Assembly: GCA_041664465.1 (NCBI GenBank)
Contig: JBAYKP010000001.1
Span: forward strand, 68,204-132,203
DNA from: Minisyncoccota bacterium
GTDB taxonomy: Bacteria; Patescibacteriota; Minisyncoccia; Phycocordibacterales; UBA9973
Length of the DNA stretch: 64,000 nt
Reading direction: 5' to 3'
Shown here: piece after piece, positions 1 through 9,018 of the stretch
Layout: the number at the start of each line of letters is the position of its first letter
Position numbering within the stretch: the stretch's first letter is position 1
The notes under the pieces: model-generated
The model's input: only the letters and a program-made list of their open reading frames with translations
Told to the model about the DNA's origin: nothing
Databases searched by the model: none
Program-made: the position numbers and the translations under genes

Positions 1-677
1 TTTGCAAGTTTGCTAACTACTTTGCCTTCCTTCTTTTCGTATTGCATGAAGACATTATTCCAAATTTCTATCACTCTACCTTCGTCATCTGCTTTTACAA
101 ATTCATCATGAGACATATCACCTAGTGCTACTTCATTAGTATCATAAAAGATTTCAGTATCAGGACCACAAGGGCCATTGTCCCCTGCACTCCACCAATT
201 ATTGAGAGCTGGCATAAAATAAATTCTATTTTCTGGTAAATATTTCTTCCAAATTTCCGCTGCTTCTATATCTCTCGGTGCATCTTCATTGCCTTCAAAA
301 ACAGTTACATAAATTCTACTCATATCAAGCCCTAGACCTTCTTCTTGGTCTGTTAGAAATTCAAAGCTCCACTTGATAGCTTCTTCTTTAAAATAATCAC
401 CTAGCGACCAATTCCCAAGCATTTCAAAAAATGTAAGATGTCTATTGTCGCCCACTTCATCTATATCTCCAGTTCGTACGCATTTTTGCACGTCTACCAA
501 GCGAGTTCCCATTGGATGCTTCTGACCAAGTAAATATGGCACGAGTGGTTGCATTCCAGCAGTATTGAAAAGAACCGAAGGGTCATTTTCGGGGATAAGT
601 GAAGCGGAAGGGATTATTTTGTGTCCTCTATTTTCAAAAAATTTGAGAAACTTTTGGCGGATTTCATTGGAAGTCAT
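1..677 (-). CDS. alaS: alanyl-tRNA synthetase, N-terminal ~225 aa (gene continues beyond the window start)
   Basis: The reverse-strand translation starts at ATG 677: [51 protein letters not shown]...[38 protein letters not shown]. This is the class II AlaRS catalytic-core signature. It is absent from the ORF track only because it is truncated. Confidence 0.85.
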   Translation of the reverse strand, partial: MTSNEIRQKFLKFFENRGHKIIPSASLIPENDPSVLFNTAGMQPLVPYLLGQKHPMGTRLVDVQKCVRTGDIDEVGDNRHLTFFEMLGNWSLGDYFKEEAIKWSFEFLTDQEEGLGLDMSRIYVTVFEGNEDAPRDIEAAEIWKKYLPENRIYFMPALNNWWSAGDNGPCGPDTEIFYDTNEVALGDMSHDEFVKADDEGRVIEIWNNVFMQYEKKEGKVVSKLA

Positions 678-681
678 ATAT

Positions 682-1155
682 TTATATTATATCTTCTTTA
701 AAGTATTTACTCTTTTTAATTCTCTCTTCTATGAACCACAAAACGATAAATATAAATAGTGTGAATGTCATAGCAATAACTGCAATACTATAAAGTCCTA
801 ATCCACAAGCCATACCTATACCTGCCGCTACCCAGAGACTGGTTGCAGTCGTAAGGCCTACCAATTTAGAATCTTTATTGAAAATAATTCCAGCTCCCAA
901 GAATCCAACACCCACAACAATCTGAGACACAACCATGAGTGGATTCATCCCAGAAAACCCTGCATAGTACTTTACCATTTCATTTGAAATAACTACGAAC
1001 AAAGCCGAACCCATAGATACAAGTGCATAGGTACGCATACCGGCCGTCTTGTGCGCCCAGACACGCTCAGTCCCTATAATCATCCCCAACAATAAAGCCA
1101 CGAAAAGACGTGACACAATACTTAAAGTAGCCCCATCTAAAATATGTAATGTCAT
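682..1155 (-). CDS. MgtC/SapB family membrane protein
   Basis: The N-terminus [31 protein letters not shown] matches the MgtC GxERxxxxKxAGxRT motif. The protein has multiple TM helices. Confidence 0.7.
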   Translation of the reverse strand: MTLHILDGATLSIVSRLFVALLLGMIIGTERVWAHKTAGMRTYALVSMGSALFVVISNEMVKYYAGFSGMNPLMVVSQIVVGVGFLGAGIIFNKDSKLVGLTTATSLWVAAGIGMACGLGLYSIAVIAMTFTLFIFIVLWFIEERIKKSKYFKEDII

Positions 1156-1184
1156 AATCTACTTATTATAAACTTAAGTTACGA

Positions 1185-1610
1185 TTATTTCAACTTATTA
1201 AAGTTAGTATTTTCTTCTGTATCTTTTATTACTTTCTCTTCTTCCTCTGTAATATATTTGTCCTCACTTTTGAGCGTATTCTCTACCCACATAAAGTAAG
1301 GGATGTTCGTCATATCAGTATTGCATCTGGCCACCATTGGTATCTTATATGAATGTTCGGCTTCTATATGTTTGACTAATTTGTCACTTAGAAACTTTTG
1401 AGTTGAGAACATAAGCATATACTGATCCGTCTCTTGGATAACACCTTGCCATGGATATATAGAATTGATAACCCAATAATCCATAGAGATAGCCAGCTTC
1501 TCTTGTATAGCCCCATACCCCAAAGTTCTAGCTTCATCTATACTTCCGCAAATAGTATAAACAAAAACAATATCATCTATCCCCTTTTCAATTTTTTCAA
1601 AAATACTCAT
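1185..1610 (-). CDS. cutA: CutA1-like divalent-cation tolerance protein
   Basis: VFVYTICGSIDEARTLGYGAIQEKLAISMDYWV..IYPWQGVIQETDQYMLMFST and a C-terminal IPYFMWV resemble the CutA fold signature. The fit is moderate. Confidence 0.55.
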   Translation of the reverse strand: MSIFEKIEKGIDDIVFVYTICGSIDEARTLGYGAIQEKLAISMDYWVINSIYPWQGVIQETDQYMLMFSTQKFLSDKLVKHIEAEHSYKIPMVARCNTDMTNIPYFMWVENTLKSEDKYITEEEEKVIKDTEENTNFNKLK

Positions 1611-1793
1611 ATATGATTTCCTTAAATTATTTAATAATTATTTTTTCCATAACAACTTTCGACGACCGCGTAAAAGCGTTATGGTTTTTAAAAATTCTTA
1701 TGCCACCAAACTTTAACTCTAAATTTAACTGTTTTAAAAATAATAGAGATAACGTATCTAAATGATTCTAATTTTAATTTAATTTTTTTCATA

Positions 1794-3578
1794 TTATATA
1801 AATTCAGCTTGATAACATTTCTCGCAATACACTATCTCCTTCCTGTCTTCACTTATTGCTGTTTCAAAATTATTCTGACATGGTTCACTCCCATGAGCAT
1901 GTTCTACTGTATTTCTGTATTCTTTATTCTCTGATTCTATACCACCACACATACATTTCCTAGTTTCTAATTTTAATGGATTTGTTTTCTTAAGCCTTTC
2001 ATAATGTCTACAATTAGGGCACAAATGAGGTAAAGCTATTTTCATAGAACGATATAAGATTAATTCATCAGGTAATATTTTGTATGCAGTTGTGCATTGC
2101 TGATTGCAATCTCCTCCATTATGCTCACATTCTATAACTTCATCTAAAATTGAATCTTCTACATTATCAATATGATCTGGTAAATCAACTGATTTCATTG
2201 TTATTGTGTAATCTCTTTCTGTAGAATCACTCCAAATGAAACCCTTCTCAAGAGCTTGATCTTTAGTTAAAGGAAACCATTGATGAGCCCATGATTCATT
2301 GTAGGTCCACATAGAATGCTCTTTGGGATAAAAATCTCCATATTTATAAACTCTACCCTCTTTGTCTATATAAGGCATATCATTCATGTGTTTTTTAATC
2401 CTTGGAATTAATTCTTCATATTCTTCCTTCGTATATTGCTTATTCAAAATACAATATTTTTTATGTCTTAATTTCGCACAACCAAAAAGATTTGTTCCTC
2501 CATAAACATTTTCGCAATATTCTGAATCAATAGTATTATTACTTGATCGTGTAAAAAAGGTATTTTGGCAACGTATAGCCCCTGTTGCTTCATATAAAAG
2601 CTCTGAAGTATCTCCCCCGAGAGTCATATCATAACTATCTTTTAATAATAAACCTCCATGAAAAATATACTTACAATTTTGAACCCCATGAGTCGCAGAA
2701 AAGCAATTCTTGCAACTTTTTGAATTTTGTATATCATCTCCTGAAACATCGATCGAATTAGAAATTAAGGCAAATTTTCTTGGTATTTTATAATACAGCT
2801 CAGCAAATTTTATTTTTGCTTTCTCAATAATAGAATAGCTTCCTAAATTATATTTTAATATTTCTTCTTCATAATCTTTTTTAGAATATTGTTTATTCCA
2901 AATACAATACTTTTGATTCCTCAAATTTATACAACCAAAACACTTAGAGCACCCAAGACAATTAAAAAGAAAAGAAGAATCTATACACTCATCGGAAAAA
3001 TAAGTAAATTTTGTATTATATAAATCACCTGAATTTAAAATTTCATAAACATGATCAGCATTTATTACAAAGTCTGCATCAAGAGAGTCTTTGGTAAATA
3101 TTGGGGTTAAACAATAATAACAATTAATACACTGCATGCCACTGAAGACAAAGGTGCAATTTTTACAACGAATAATTCCATTGCAATATTTGCAATCAGT
3201 TGAATTTTGAATATTAGTTGCCTGGCATGGCACAACTTTTCTCAATTCATCTAATTGCTCAAAAAATGGTTTAGAAAAATCATATTCTTTGCCATAAGAA
3301 AGTGGATTCCAGCTATCACTCCACCAACAATCATTACAAAAGACAACTACTTCTCTGGTTGGAGAAAACAAACTGATGGTATCTTTACCGCAGTTATCGC
3401 AAGAATCTTTATATAAAGTTCTTTCTGAGATATTATTTAACCTATTTATTAATCTACACTCTGGGCAGAAAGTTGGTGGTGGAACTTTAATTTTCTCATA
3501 AAATGAGAAATCATCAGGCTCAATGGTGAAATTAAGCTTGCAGTTCTGACAGGTTCTGTTTTCTGGTTTATGCTCCAT
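1794..3578 (-). CDS. cytoplasmic multi-CxxC (zinc-ribbon-rich) protein of unknown function with an internal duplication
   Basis: 594-aa ORF with more than 20 CxxC/CxxxC pairs. The module ...C..CFGC..L...KYCI(W/L)NKQY(S/T)K(K/E)(D/E)YEE... occurs twice. No signal peptide and no recognised catalytic motif. Confidence 0.5.
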   Translation of the reverse strand: MEHKPENRTCQNCKLNFTIEPDDFSFYEKIKVPPPTFCPECRLINRLNNISERTLYKDSCDNCGKDTISLFSPTREVVVFCNDCWWSDSWNPLSYGKEYDFSKPFFEQLDELRKVVPCQATNIQNSTDCKYCNGIIRCKNCTFVFSGMQCINCYYCLTPIFTKDSLDADFVINADHVYEILNSGDLYNTKFTYFSDECIDSSFLFNCLGCSKCFGCINLRNQKYCIWNKQYSKKDYEEEILKYNLGSYSIIEKAKIKFAELYYKIPRKFALISNSIDVSGDDIQNSKSCKNCFSATHGVQNCKYIFHGGLLLKDSYDMTLGGDTSELLYEATGAIRCQNTFFTRSSNNTIDSEYCENVYGGTNLFGCAKLRHKKYCILNKQYTKEEYEELIPRIKKHMNDMPYIDKEGRVYKYGDFYPKEHSMWTYNESWAHQWFPLTKDQALEKGFIWSDSTERDYTITMKSVDLPDHIDNVEDSILDEVIECEHNGGDCNQQCTTAYKILPDELILYRSMKIALPHLCPNCRHYERLKKTNPLKLETRKCMCGGIESENKEYRNTVEHAHGSEPCQNNFETAISEDRKEIVYCEKCYQAEFI

Positions 3579-3579
3579 A

Positions 3580-3622
3580 ATTCTTAATTCGTAATTCTTA
3601 ATTATTAATTCTTAATTCTTTA
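3580..3622. repeat. tandem heptamer TTAATTC (x~6) immediately upstream of the start codon of the Cys-rich gene
   Basis: ttcttaattcgtaattcttaattattaattcttaattctt. The same heptamer array is found upstream of frr at 12678-12722. Confidence 0.6.
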
Positions 3623-3630
3623 CTTCTAGA

Positions 3631-4863
3631 TTATGCCACAATACAGCCACCTAGGCAAATGTCGCCATCGTAGACTACGATAGACTGACCTTTATCCACC
3701 AGTACATTTTTATTAAAAGTTATTTCACAGGTCAGACCTGTGCAGACTACTTTGCAATCTAAAAGCTCTCCGTGGTAACGAATTTGAGCAGTATACCCGC
3801 CTTGACTCGTCGGCGAGGCAGGAGCTTTATTTTTTTCTGGTATCTCTAGAATCCAATTTGCCTTACTACATAGGACCGTCCTATGTAGTATACCAGTTGG
3901 ACTGGTATATTCTTCCCCTAGGCAAGGCCTAGGGGAAACTGTAATTGTGTTTTTTTCTATATCTTTTGAAACTACATATAAAGGTTTGCTATTATCTTCA
4001 TTTTTGAAAATTGTAAATCCGTGACGTTCTCCGAGTGTGAAGAATATCGCACCGTCGTGTGAACCTATAACTTTTTCTTTTTTATCCTCTTCTCGGCGAG
4101 CAAGTAATACATCCCCCCTCTTAGTTTCAATATAATGTTTAAGAAAATCTTTCATATCTAAAGGACCTAAGAAGCAGACACCTTGACTGTCCTTCTTCAC
4201 TGCTGTCGGAAGTTTATATTTCTCTGCTAATTTGCGCACTTCTGTCTTCTCTAAATGTCCTACTGGAAATAAAGTATGACTCAAATCATCTTGAGTAAGA
4301 GTCCAAAGAAAATATGATTGGTCTTTAGAGGTATCGGGAGATTTAAGTAGGTAATTCTGAATTTTTTCCTCCCCTGCTAAGGGGAGGTGGCTCCTAGCCG
4401 GAGGGGTCTGACCCCCTCGCCCTTCGGGCACTCCCCCTTGGCAGGGGGAGATTGAATTCACTGCATAATGCCCTGTTGCAATAAAATCTGCTCCACGCTC
4501 TTTTGCAAATTCCCAAAAGACTCCAAACTTCACCATGCGGTTGCACATTACATCTGGGTTTGGAGTGTTCCCCTTTTTGTACTCTTCTATCATATAGTCT
4601 GCCACACCTTTCTTGTAAGCCTCTTCTGCATCACATTCTAAAAATGGTATATCGAGATGTGCACAGACTCGCATTGCATCACGTCTTTCATCCTTCCAAG
4701 TGCACTCTATAAAGTCCGGCGACCACGTACGAATAAAAACCCCAACGACGTTGAATCCTTGATCTTTAAGAAGTGCTGTCGCGACGGAGCTATCCACTCC
4801 ACCCGACACACCCACAAATACAGTTTTATTTATTTTCTTTCCCATCTTGCGAAAATTCCACAA
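3631..4863 (-). CDS. mnmA: tRNA-specific 2-thiouridylase MnmA, enlarged by in-frame palindromic insertions
   Basis: MGKKINKTVFVGVSGGVDSS (PP-loop), FIATGHYA, DQSYFLW, ICLGG. The likely true start is M at 4845. The protein is ~410 aa against ~360 typical, because of the inserts at 4368-4450 and 3866-3935. Confidence 0.9.
   Translation of the reverse strand: MWNFRKMGKKINKTVFVGVSGGVDSSVATALLKDQGFNVVGVFIRTWSPDFIECTWKDERRDAMRVCAHLDIPFLECDAEEAYKKGVADYMIEEYKKGNTPNPDVMCNRMVKFGVFWEFAKERGADFIATGHYAVNSISPCQGGVPEGRGGQTPPARSHLPLAGEEKIQNYLLKSPDTSKDQSYFLWTLTQDDLSHTLFPVGHLEKTEVRKLAEKYKLPTAVKKDSQGVCFLGPLDMKDFLKHYIETKRGDVLLARREEDKKEKVIGSHDGAIFFTLGERHGFTIFKNEDNSKPLYVVSKDIEKNTITVSPRPCLGEEYTSPTGILHRTVLCSKANWILEIPEKNKAPASPTSQGGYTAQIRYHGELLDCKVVCTGLTCEITFNKNVLVDKGQSIVVYDGDICLGGCIVA
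3728..3740. repeat. short palindrome caggtcAgacctg (AGGTC-N-GACCT module) inside mnmA
   Basis: Perfect 6-bp arms. The same module is found at 5355-5410. Confidence 0.4.
3866..3935. repeat. three adjacent GC-rich palindromes inserted in frame in mnmA
   Basis: ctacataggac-c-gtcctatgtag (11-bp arms), taccagt-tgg-actggta, and cccctaggc-aag-gcctagggg (9-bp arms). They encode ...HRTVLCSK...SPRPCLGEE. Confidence 0.7.
4368..4450. repeat. 83-nt composite GC-rich palindromic element inserted in frame in mnmA
   Basis: cctcccc-tgctaa-ggggagg, gagggg-tctgac-cccctc, and ctccccc-ttggca-gggggag hairpins in an otherwise AT-rich gene. It encodes ...PCQGGVPEGRGGQTPPARSHLPLAGEE... between the conserved GHYA and DQSYFL motifs. 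Confidence 0.75.
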
Positions 4864-5747
4864 GGAAGTAATCTTTTACTCCCACTTTCTTCTATAACAA
4901 GCTCCCCTCCCTCTATTTTACCTTTATAATCCTTCATTAAATCTCGTAAATTATTTTCGTAAACAATAGAAGAATACCCTGCAGTATACCCATTTATAAG
5001 AATAAATAAAGGGTCATCTGAGAGAACTTGCCCACATAAATTCATAAGATTTAGAAAATCTTCTTCTATCTTCCAAAGTTCATCTTTCGGACCATGCCCA
5101 AAAGATGGTGGATCCATAATGATTGCATCATATTTTCTTCCTCTCTTTACTTCTCTTTTCAAAAATAAAACTACATCTTCTATAAGCCATCTGATAGAAG
5201 CATCTTTGAGTCCTGAGAGTTCTGCATTTGTCCTTGCCCATTCTACTGCATTTTTAGATCCATCTACGTGGCAAACTTCCGCTCCAGCTAAAGCAGCAGC
5301 AAGTGTCGCTCCGCCAGTATAAGCAAATAAATTTAAAACAGAAATTGGTTTATTCCCATAGGTCAGACCTAGGGACTTTTTACTTTCTGCCCCTAGGTCT
5401 GACCTATGGGAATTCTTAATCAATTCTTTCATCCATTCCCAATTTGAAAGTTGCTCGGGGAAAAGTCCTATGTGTTTAAAAGAAGTCGGCTTTATAGAAA
5501 ATTTTAAATCTCCATAAGATATATTCCAATTATTTGGAACACCGTTTTTAATTATCCATTTATTCTTTGTGCCATTACGAATAAATTCCAAGTGAGCTTC
5601 TTGCCACTCTTTATCATTTAAATTCTTTTTCCAAAGAGCTTCAGGATCCGGACGTGACATAGTATACTTGCCATATCTCTCAAGCTTTTGTCCCTCGCCT
5701 GAATCAAGTAATTCGTATTCTTTTTGTTTTGTAGTTTTTAAAATCAT
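4830..5747 (-). CDS. class I SAM-dependent rRNA methyltransferase, RlmI/RlmK-like (COG1092 / PF10672-like)
   Basis: VLNLFAYTGGATLAAALAGA (SAM-binding motif I) and KYDAIIMDPPSFGHG (motif IV). The overall order resembles RlmI/YccW-type 23S rRNA m5C methyltransferases. It carries an in-frame palindrome at 5355-5410. Confidence 0.65.
   Translation of the reverse strand: MILKTTKQKEYELLDSGEGQKLERYGKYTMSRPDPEALWKKNLNDKEWQEAHLEFIRNGTKNKWIIKNGVPNNWNISYGDLKFSIKPTSFKHIGLFPEQLSNWEWMKELIKNSHRSDLGAESKKSLGLTYGNKPISVLNLFAYTGGATLAAALAGAEVCHVDGSKNAVEWARTNAELSGLKDASIRWLIEDVVLFLKREVKRGRKYDAIIMDPPSFGHGPKDELWKIEEDFLNLMNLCGQVLSDDPLFILINGYTAGYSSIVYENNLRDLMKDYKGKIEGGELVIEESGSKRLLPCGIFARWERK
5355..5410. repeat. 20-bp perfect inverted repeat (cccataggtcagacctaggg ... 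ccctaggtctgacctatggg) with a 16-nt spacer, in frame inside the methyltransferase gene
   Basis: Read directly. It encodes the extra segment ...ESKKSLGLTYGNKP... immediately before the SAM-binding motif. Confidence 0.7.
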
Positions 5748-5757
5748 TCTTTTTAAA

Positions 5758-6429
5758 TTATTTAAGGTATTTTGCTATGTTTTTTTTATGTTCAGTAAAA
5801 TTCACTGCATAATGTACTTTACCATCTTTATCATGAAGATAAAATAGATAAGAAGTGACTATTGGATTTATCGCAGCTTTTATTGCCCGAAGTCCTGGAT
5901 TTCCAATAGGTTTTTGTGGTAAACCACTTTCTTTATATGTCGCAGGGGCTATATCAACCTGGAGAGGAATACCTAGTTTTATCCTTTTCCATAAAATCCC
6001 AGAGATTATACCTATGTCTTCCTTGCCACTCGCTTCCTTCTCTAAGATAGAAGCCATTATTATAATATCTTCCAAGCTTCGACCTGACGACTTTATATCT
6101 TGATCAAGTAGCAATACTCTCTTCGTAAAATTTAAAGTCATTGCCTTTAATACTTCATCTGGCGTAGCAAAAGGGAAAAAGAAATACGTATCAGGAAACA
6201 AGTACCCTTGCTTACTCCTAGGATCATTTAGAAATACATCTTTATTAAAATTTGAAATTTTTTCTGAAAGTAATCTAACTATATCTTCATTGGTACTACC
6301 TTCTATAAAAGTAATTTTAATTTGATCTATTTTATGGTCTCCTCTTATTGCTGGCCATAAGATAAAAGAAAACAAAATAACAACTAAAAATACTACTACG
6401 TACTTTATTTTTTCACTTAAATTTTCCAT
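5758..6429 (-). CDS. mltG: endolytic murein transglycosylase MltG (YceG family)
   Basis: An N-terminal TM segment, then QGYLFPDTYFF, ASILEKEA and GLPQKPIGNPGLRAIKAAINP motifs typical of MltG. The start is taken at M 6429 (MENLSEKIK...) rather than the upstream M at 6474. Confidence 0.8.
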   Translation of the reverse strand: MENLSEKIKYVVVFLVVILFSFILWPAIRGDHKIDQIKITFIEGSTNEDIVRLLSEKISNFNKDVFLNDPRSKQGYLFPDTYFFFPFATPDEVLKAMTLNFTKRVLLLDQDIKSSGRSLEDIIIMASILEKEASGKEDIGIISGILWKRIKLGIPLQVDIAPATYKESGLPQKPIGNPGLRAIKAAINPIVTSYLFYLHDKDGKVHYAVNFTEHKKNIAKYLK

Positions 6430-6430
6430 A

Positions 6431-7729
6431 TTATATAGGCAAATCTGAAGGTGGCTTTGCAATCTTGGATTCAATACGCTTGAAGCTTGGGGTCTCAGAA
6501 ACCATACCTGGGAAGTGATAAATAGTAGCTAATTCTTCAAGAGAAAGAACAAATATCTGAGATCTACCAGATGGGAAAAAGGCAGATATCAAGCTCGGAT
6601 ATTTTATAGAGTTCTGGATTGGAGGATGGAAGAATACTCGTAAACGATAGAAGTCGAGCATTCTCTTCTTGATCTTAGTCAGTGCGAGTCCTGTAGGGTC
6701 TGCCCAAGGTGCATCAAACTGAGTAGCATTTAAACGTTCAAGCTGGTTGGAATTGGGCTGAGCAAATTGGCGAAAAACAAGACGGCAAGACTTGCGAAGC
6801 TCATTGAACTTTTCAAGAGAATGCAGTCTCTTATCTGCAAATACTATAATTCTAATACCAACATCAAAATGTATCTGCCCAAGACATGCCGTCATCTGCT
6901 TGACGATAAGATCCAAGAATCCAGGAGCTCGAACTTCAAAAGTATCTATACCACCGAGACCCATACCTTTACCATATTTCGTAAAGGGCTCAAGCATATT
7001 TCTAATATATTCTTCGGCATAATCATAAAAGTTGAGATGCTTGTGAGTCAGAGGACCGTGATACATCTTGATATCTTGTCTGATAATTATCTGAATCCAC
7101 ATTTGCTGACCTTTTGGCAGAGAACCTAGATATTCAATAGTAGGAGTAAGCGGATCAACTTTGAACTCTTCTTTAATCCCACTTTTCATATCATCCATCT
7201 GTTTGTATGTCCTTATAGGCTGAACATCATCTTTTTCTTTGGCGAATTCAGCACCCCACATATTCCAATCTCCGTTTTTCGTGTATTGAGGAATATTCCA
7301 AACATAATCTTCAGCTTCCATAACTTTGGCTTGCGGATATTGAGCGTATATCTGAGTCTCTACCAAGTCTCTGATTCTAGATGGGGTACGAATATAAAAA
7401 TGTACTCGTCCATCAATAGAGACCATTTCAAGTGAAAACCAAAGCCACGGAGCACCTATCATATATTCTTCCCAGAATCCTTTCTTACTTCGATGATAAA
7501 AAGCATTCGAGAAAACGAGCTCCATCGCGGCTGGAGTCTTGATCACATCTCTTGGGACTTGAATTTCAAGAAGCACCCATTTAATACCAGCAATAAAACG
7601 CTCTTGTCGGTAGTGATGCCACAAATATACGGCTGCATACGCTAAAGGAATCGGCATCAAGTAACCGATGAAAACGATCAGCATTTGTAAAAGATTGAAA
7701 GTATGAGTATTAAGAAAGTCTTGTATCAT
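6431..7729 (-). CDS. conserved hypothetical protein, N-terminal membrane anchor, no recognisable catalytic motif
   Basis: 432 aa, with a TM segment near the N-terminus (LLQMLIVFIGYLMPIPLAYAAVYLW). No Walker A. Contains W-rich segments and ends ...SLEELATIYHFPG.... Confidence 0.4.
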   Translation of the reverse strand: MIQDFLNTHTFNLLQMLIVFIGYLMPIPLAYAAVYLWHHYRQERFIAGIKWVLLEIQVPRDVIKTPAAMELVFSNAFYHRSKKGFWEEYMIGAPWLWFSLEMVSIDGRVHFYIRTPSRIRDLVETQIYAQYPQAKVMEAEDYVWNIPQYTKNGDWNMWGAEFAKEKDDVQPIRTYKQMDDMKSGIKEEFKVDPLTPTIEYLGSLPKGQQMWIQIIIRQDIKMYHGPLTHKHLNFYDYAEEYIRNMLEPFTKYGKGMGLGGIDTFEVRAPGFLDLIVKQMTACLGQIHFDVGIRIIVFADKRLHSLEKFNELRKSCRLVFRQFAQPNSNQLERLNATQFDAPWADPTGLALTKIKKRMLDFYRLRVFFHPPIQNSIKYPSLISAFFPSGRSQIFVLSLEELATIYHFPGMVSETPSFKRIESKIAKPPSDLPI

Positions 7730-7870
7730 ATTTTACCAAACTCTAAGATTGCTAGATGAAGTGAAAAATCCAAACAATATAGCAATTAATATAATGCCTA
7801 AAATTATTAATATTATGTTTATAATGCCACGATTATACATACAAGTATTATAGCATATTATTGCAAAAGA

Positions 7871-7904
7871 AAAGCACTACTCCCGTAGGGAGTAGTGCTT
7901 TTCT
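7871..7904. terminator. rho-independent terminator hairpin (bidirectional) downstream of the sigma-r4 gene
   Basis: aaaagcactactccc-gta-gggagtagtgcttttc. Perfect 11-bp stem flanked by A/T runs. Confidence 0.65.
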
Positions 7905-7914
7905 TGTTCTAAAT

Positions 7915-9006
7915 CTAAACAATCGTATACAAACCTGCCTTATTCTTCTTAAAATATTTAGTATTTTGCAAATTGACTAGGATGGTATTTTTCTTTAAAT
8001 ATCTCTCCTTCATAACTTGATCAATAATATCTGTCTTTGCCATAGGACCATTCTTCTTTAAAAGTTCTTTGATCACATCACGAACCACTCCAGACTTATA
8101 ACCCCATTCAGAAAGTGCATAAATACCACGGCCTACTAAGACAAATCTAGGATCTTTGATAAGCTCGTTGTGGCAAGTAGCTGTATGACATTTCTTATCG
8201 AAAGTATTGGCTACAGCTTTAGCTACTTCTCTGAAGTGCATAGGGCTCCCATGCTTACGCATCATTAAGAAAGCATAATCCTTCACTCCTCTTGCTTTAA
8301 TAGAAGAAGATGAAGCTTTACCCCATTCTCCAAGTGGATTCTTCTTAAGAGTTTTAGATATCGTGAGCCACCTCTTGGCTATTTCTTCGTTCTTGTATTG
8401 TTCGGATAATTCTTTGACTTCGTCTAAAAATCTTTTTACTAATTCTCCTTCGGAAACTAATTCGTCACTGGAAAGATTCTCATAAAGACTCTTCAATGTT
8501 TTATGAACTTGATCTGAAATATCAGAATCTACGCTCCAGCGAGTTTTGAAATTTACATCTTCTTTGTGTTTAGTGAAATCATCACTCAGGGTTAGATATA
8601 AGTGAATGTGATTCTTTGTAATTTTATCTTTAGAAAGATGATCTAGGAATTCGTGCTCAGAAACAATAGCCCCCATAGAATGCATCAACTTTTTTAATTC
8701 TTCAAAAACTGGTTTCTCATTCTTAAAGGCTTCTCCCTTGCGAATAAGCGAAAGAGCCCCATTCTCAATCTGACGAACACGTTCACGAGTGATACCATAC
8801 TTTCCTCCGATAGCTTCGAGGGTCTTTCTTTCTCCGTCATCAGTAATCCCGAAACGATTTACGATAACTTCGTAAGCACGTGTCGGTAAGTTGGAGAGAA
8901 TCCTTTTGGTAACTTGTTTTGGTTTAAATGTAATAGTATTCGCCATAAAATTTAATTGATATATATTTTGTATTTTTATAATATCACTACTATCTAATAA
9001 AGTCAA
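7915..9006 (-). CDS. sigma-70 region-4-like HTH domain protein (probable transcription factor)
   Basis: N-terminal ...GERKTLEAIGGKYGITRERVRQIENGALSLIRK matches the sigma-70 region 4 consensus (TLEEVG..F.VTRERIRQIE.KAL.KLR). Probable start is MANTITFK at 8946. The C-terminal half is winged-helix-like with no other recognised domain. Confidence 0.5.
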   Translation of the reverse strand: MTLLDSSDIIKIQNIYQLNFMANTITFKPKQVTKRILSNLPTRAYEVIVNRFGITDDGERKTLEAIGGKYGITRERVRQIENGALSLIRKGEAFKNEKPVFEELKKLMHSMGAIVSEHEFLDHLSKDKITKNHIHLYLTLSDDFTKHKEDVNFKTRWSVDSDISDQVHKTLKSLYENLSSDELVSEGELVKRFLDEVKELSEQYKNEEIAKRWLTISKTLKKNPLGEWGKASSSSIKARGVKDYAFLMMRKHGSPMHFREVAKAVANTFDKKCHTATCHNELIKDPRFVLVGRGIYALSEWGYKSGVVRDVIKELLKKNGPMAKTDIIDQVMKERYLKKNTILVNLQNTKYFKKNKAGLYTIV

Positions 9007-9018
9007 ATATTAAATAAC

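Noticed and set aside
565-759. 64-aa plus-strand ORF
   Set aside because: It is antisense to the alaS 5' end and the mgtC 3' end, with no RBS or coding signature. It is a shadow ORF.
1640-1690. Hairpin ccataac...gttatgg with a 24-nt loop between cutA and the Cys-rich gene
   Set aside because: The stem is only 7 bp with a large loop, and the orientation of the T-run does not fit either flanking gene. It is not convincing as a terminator or riboswitch.
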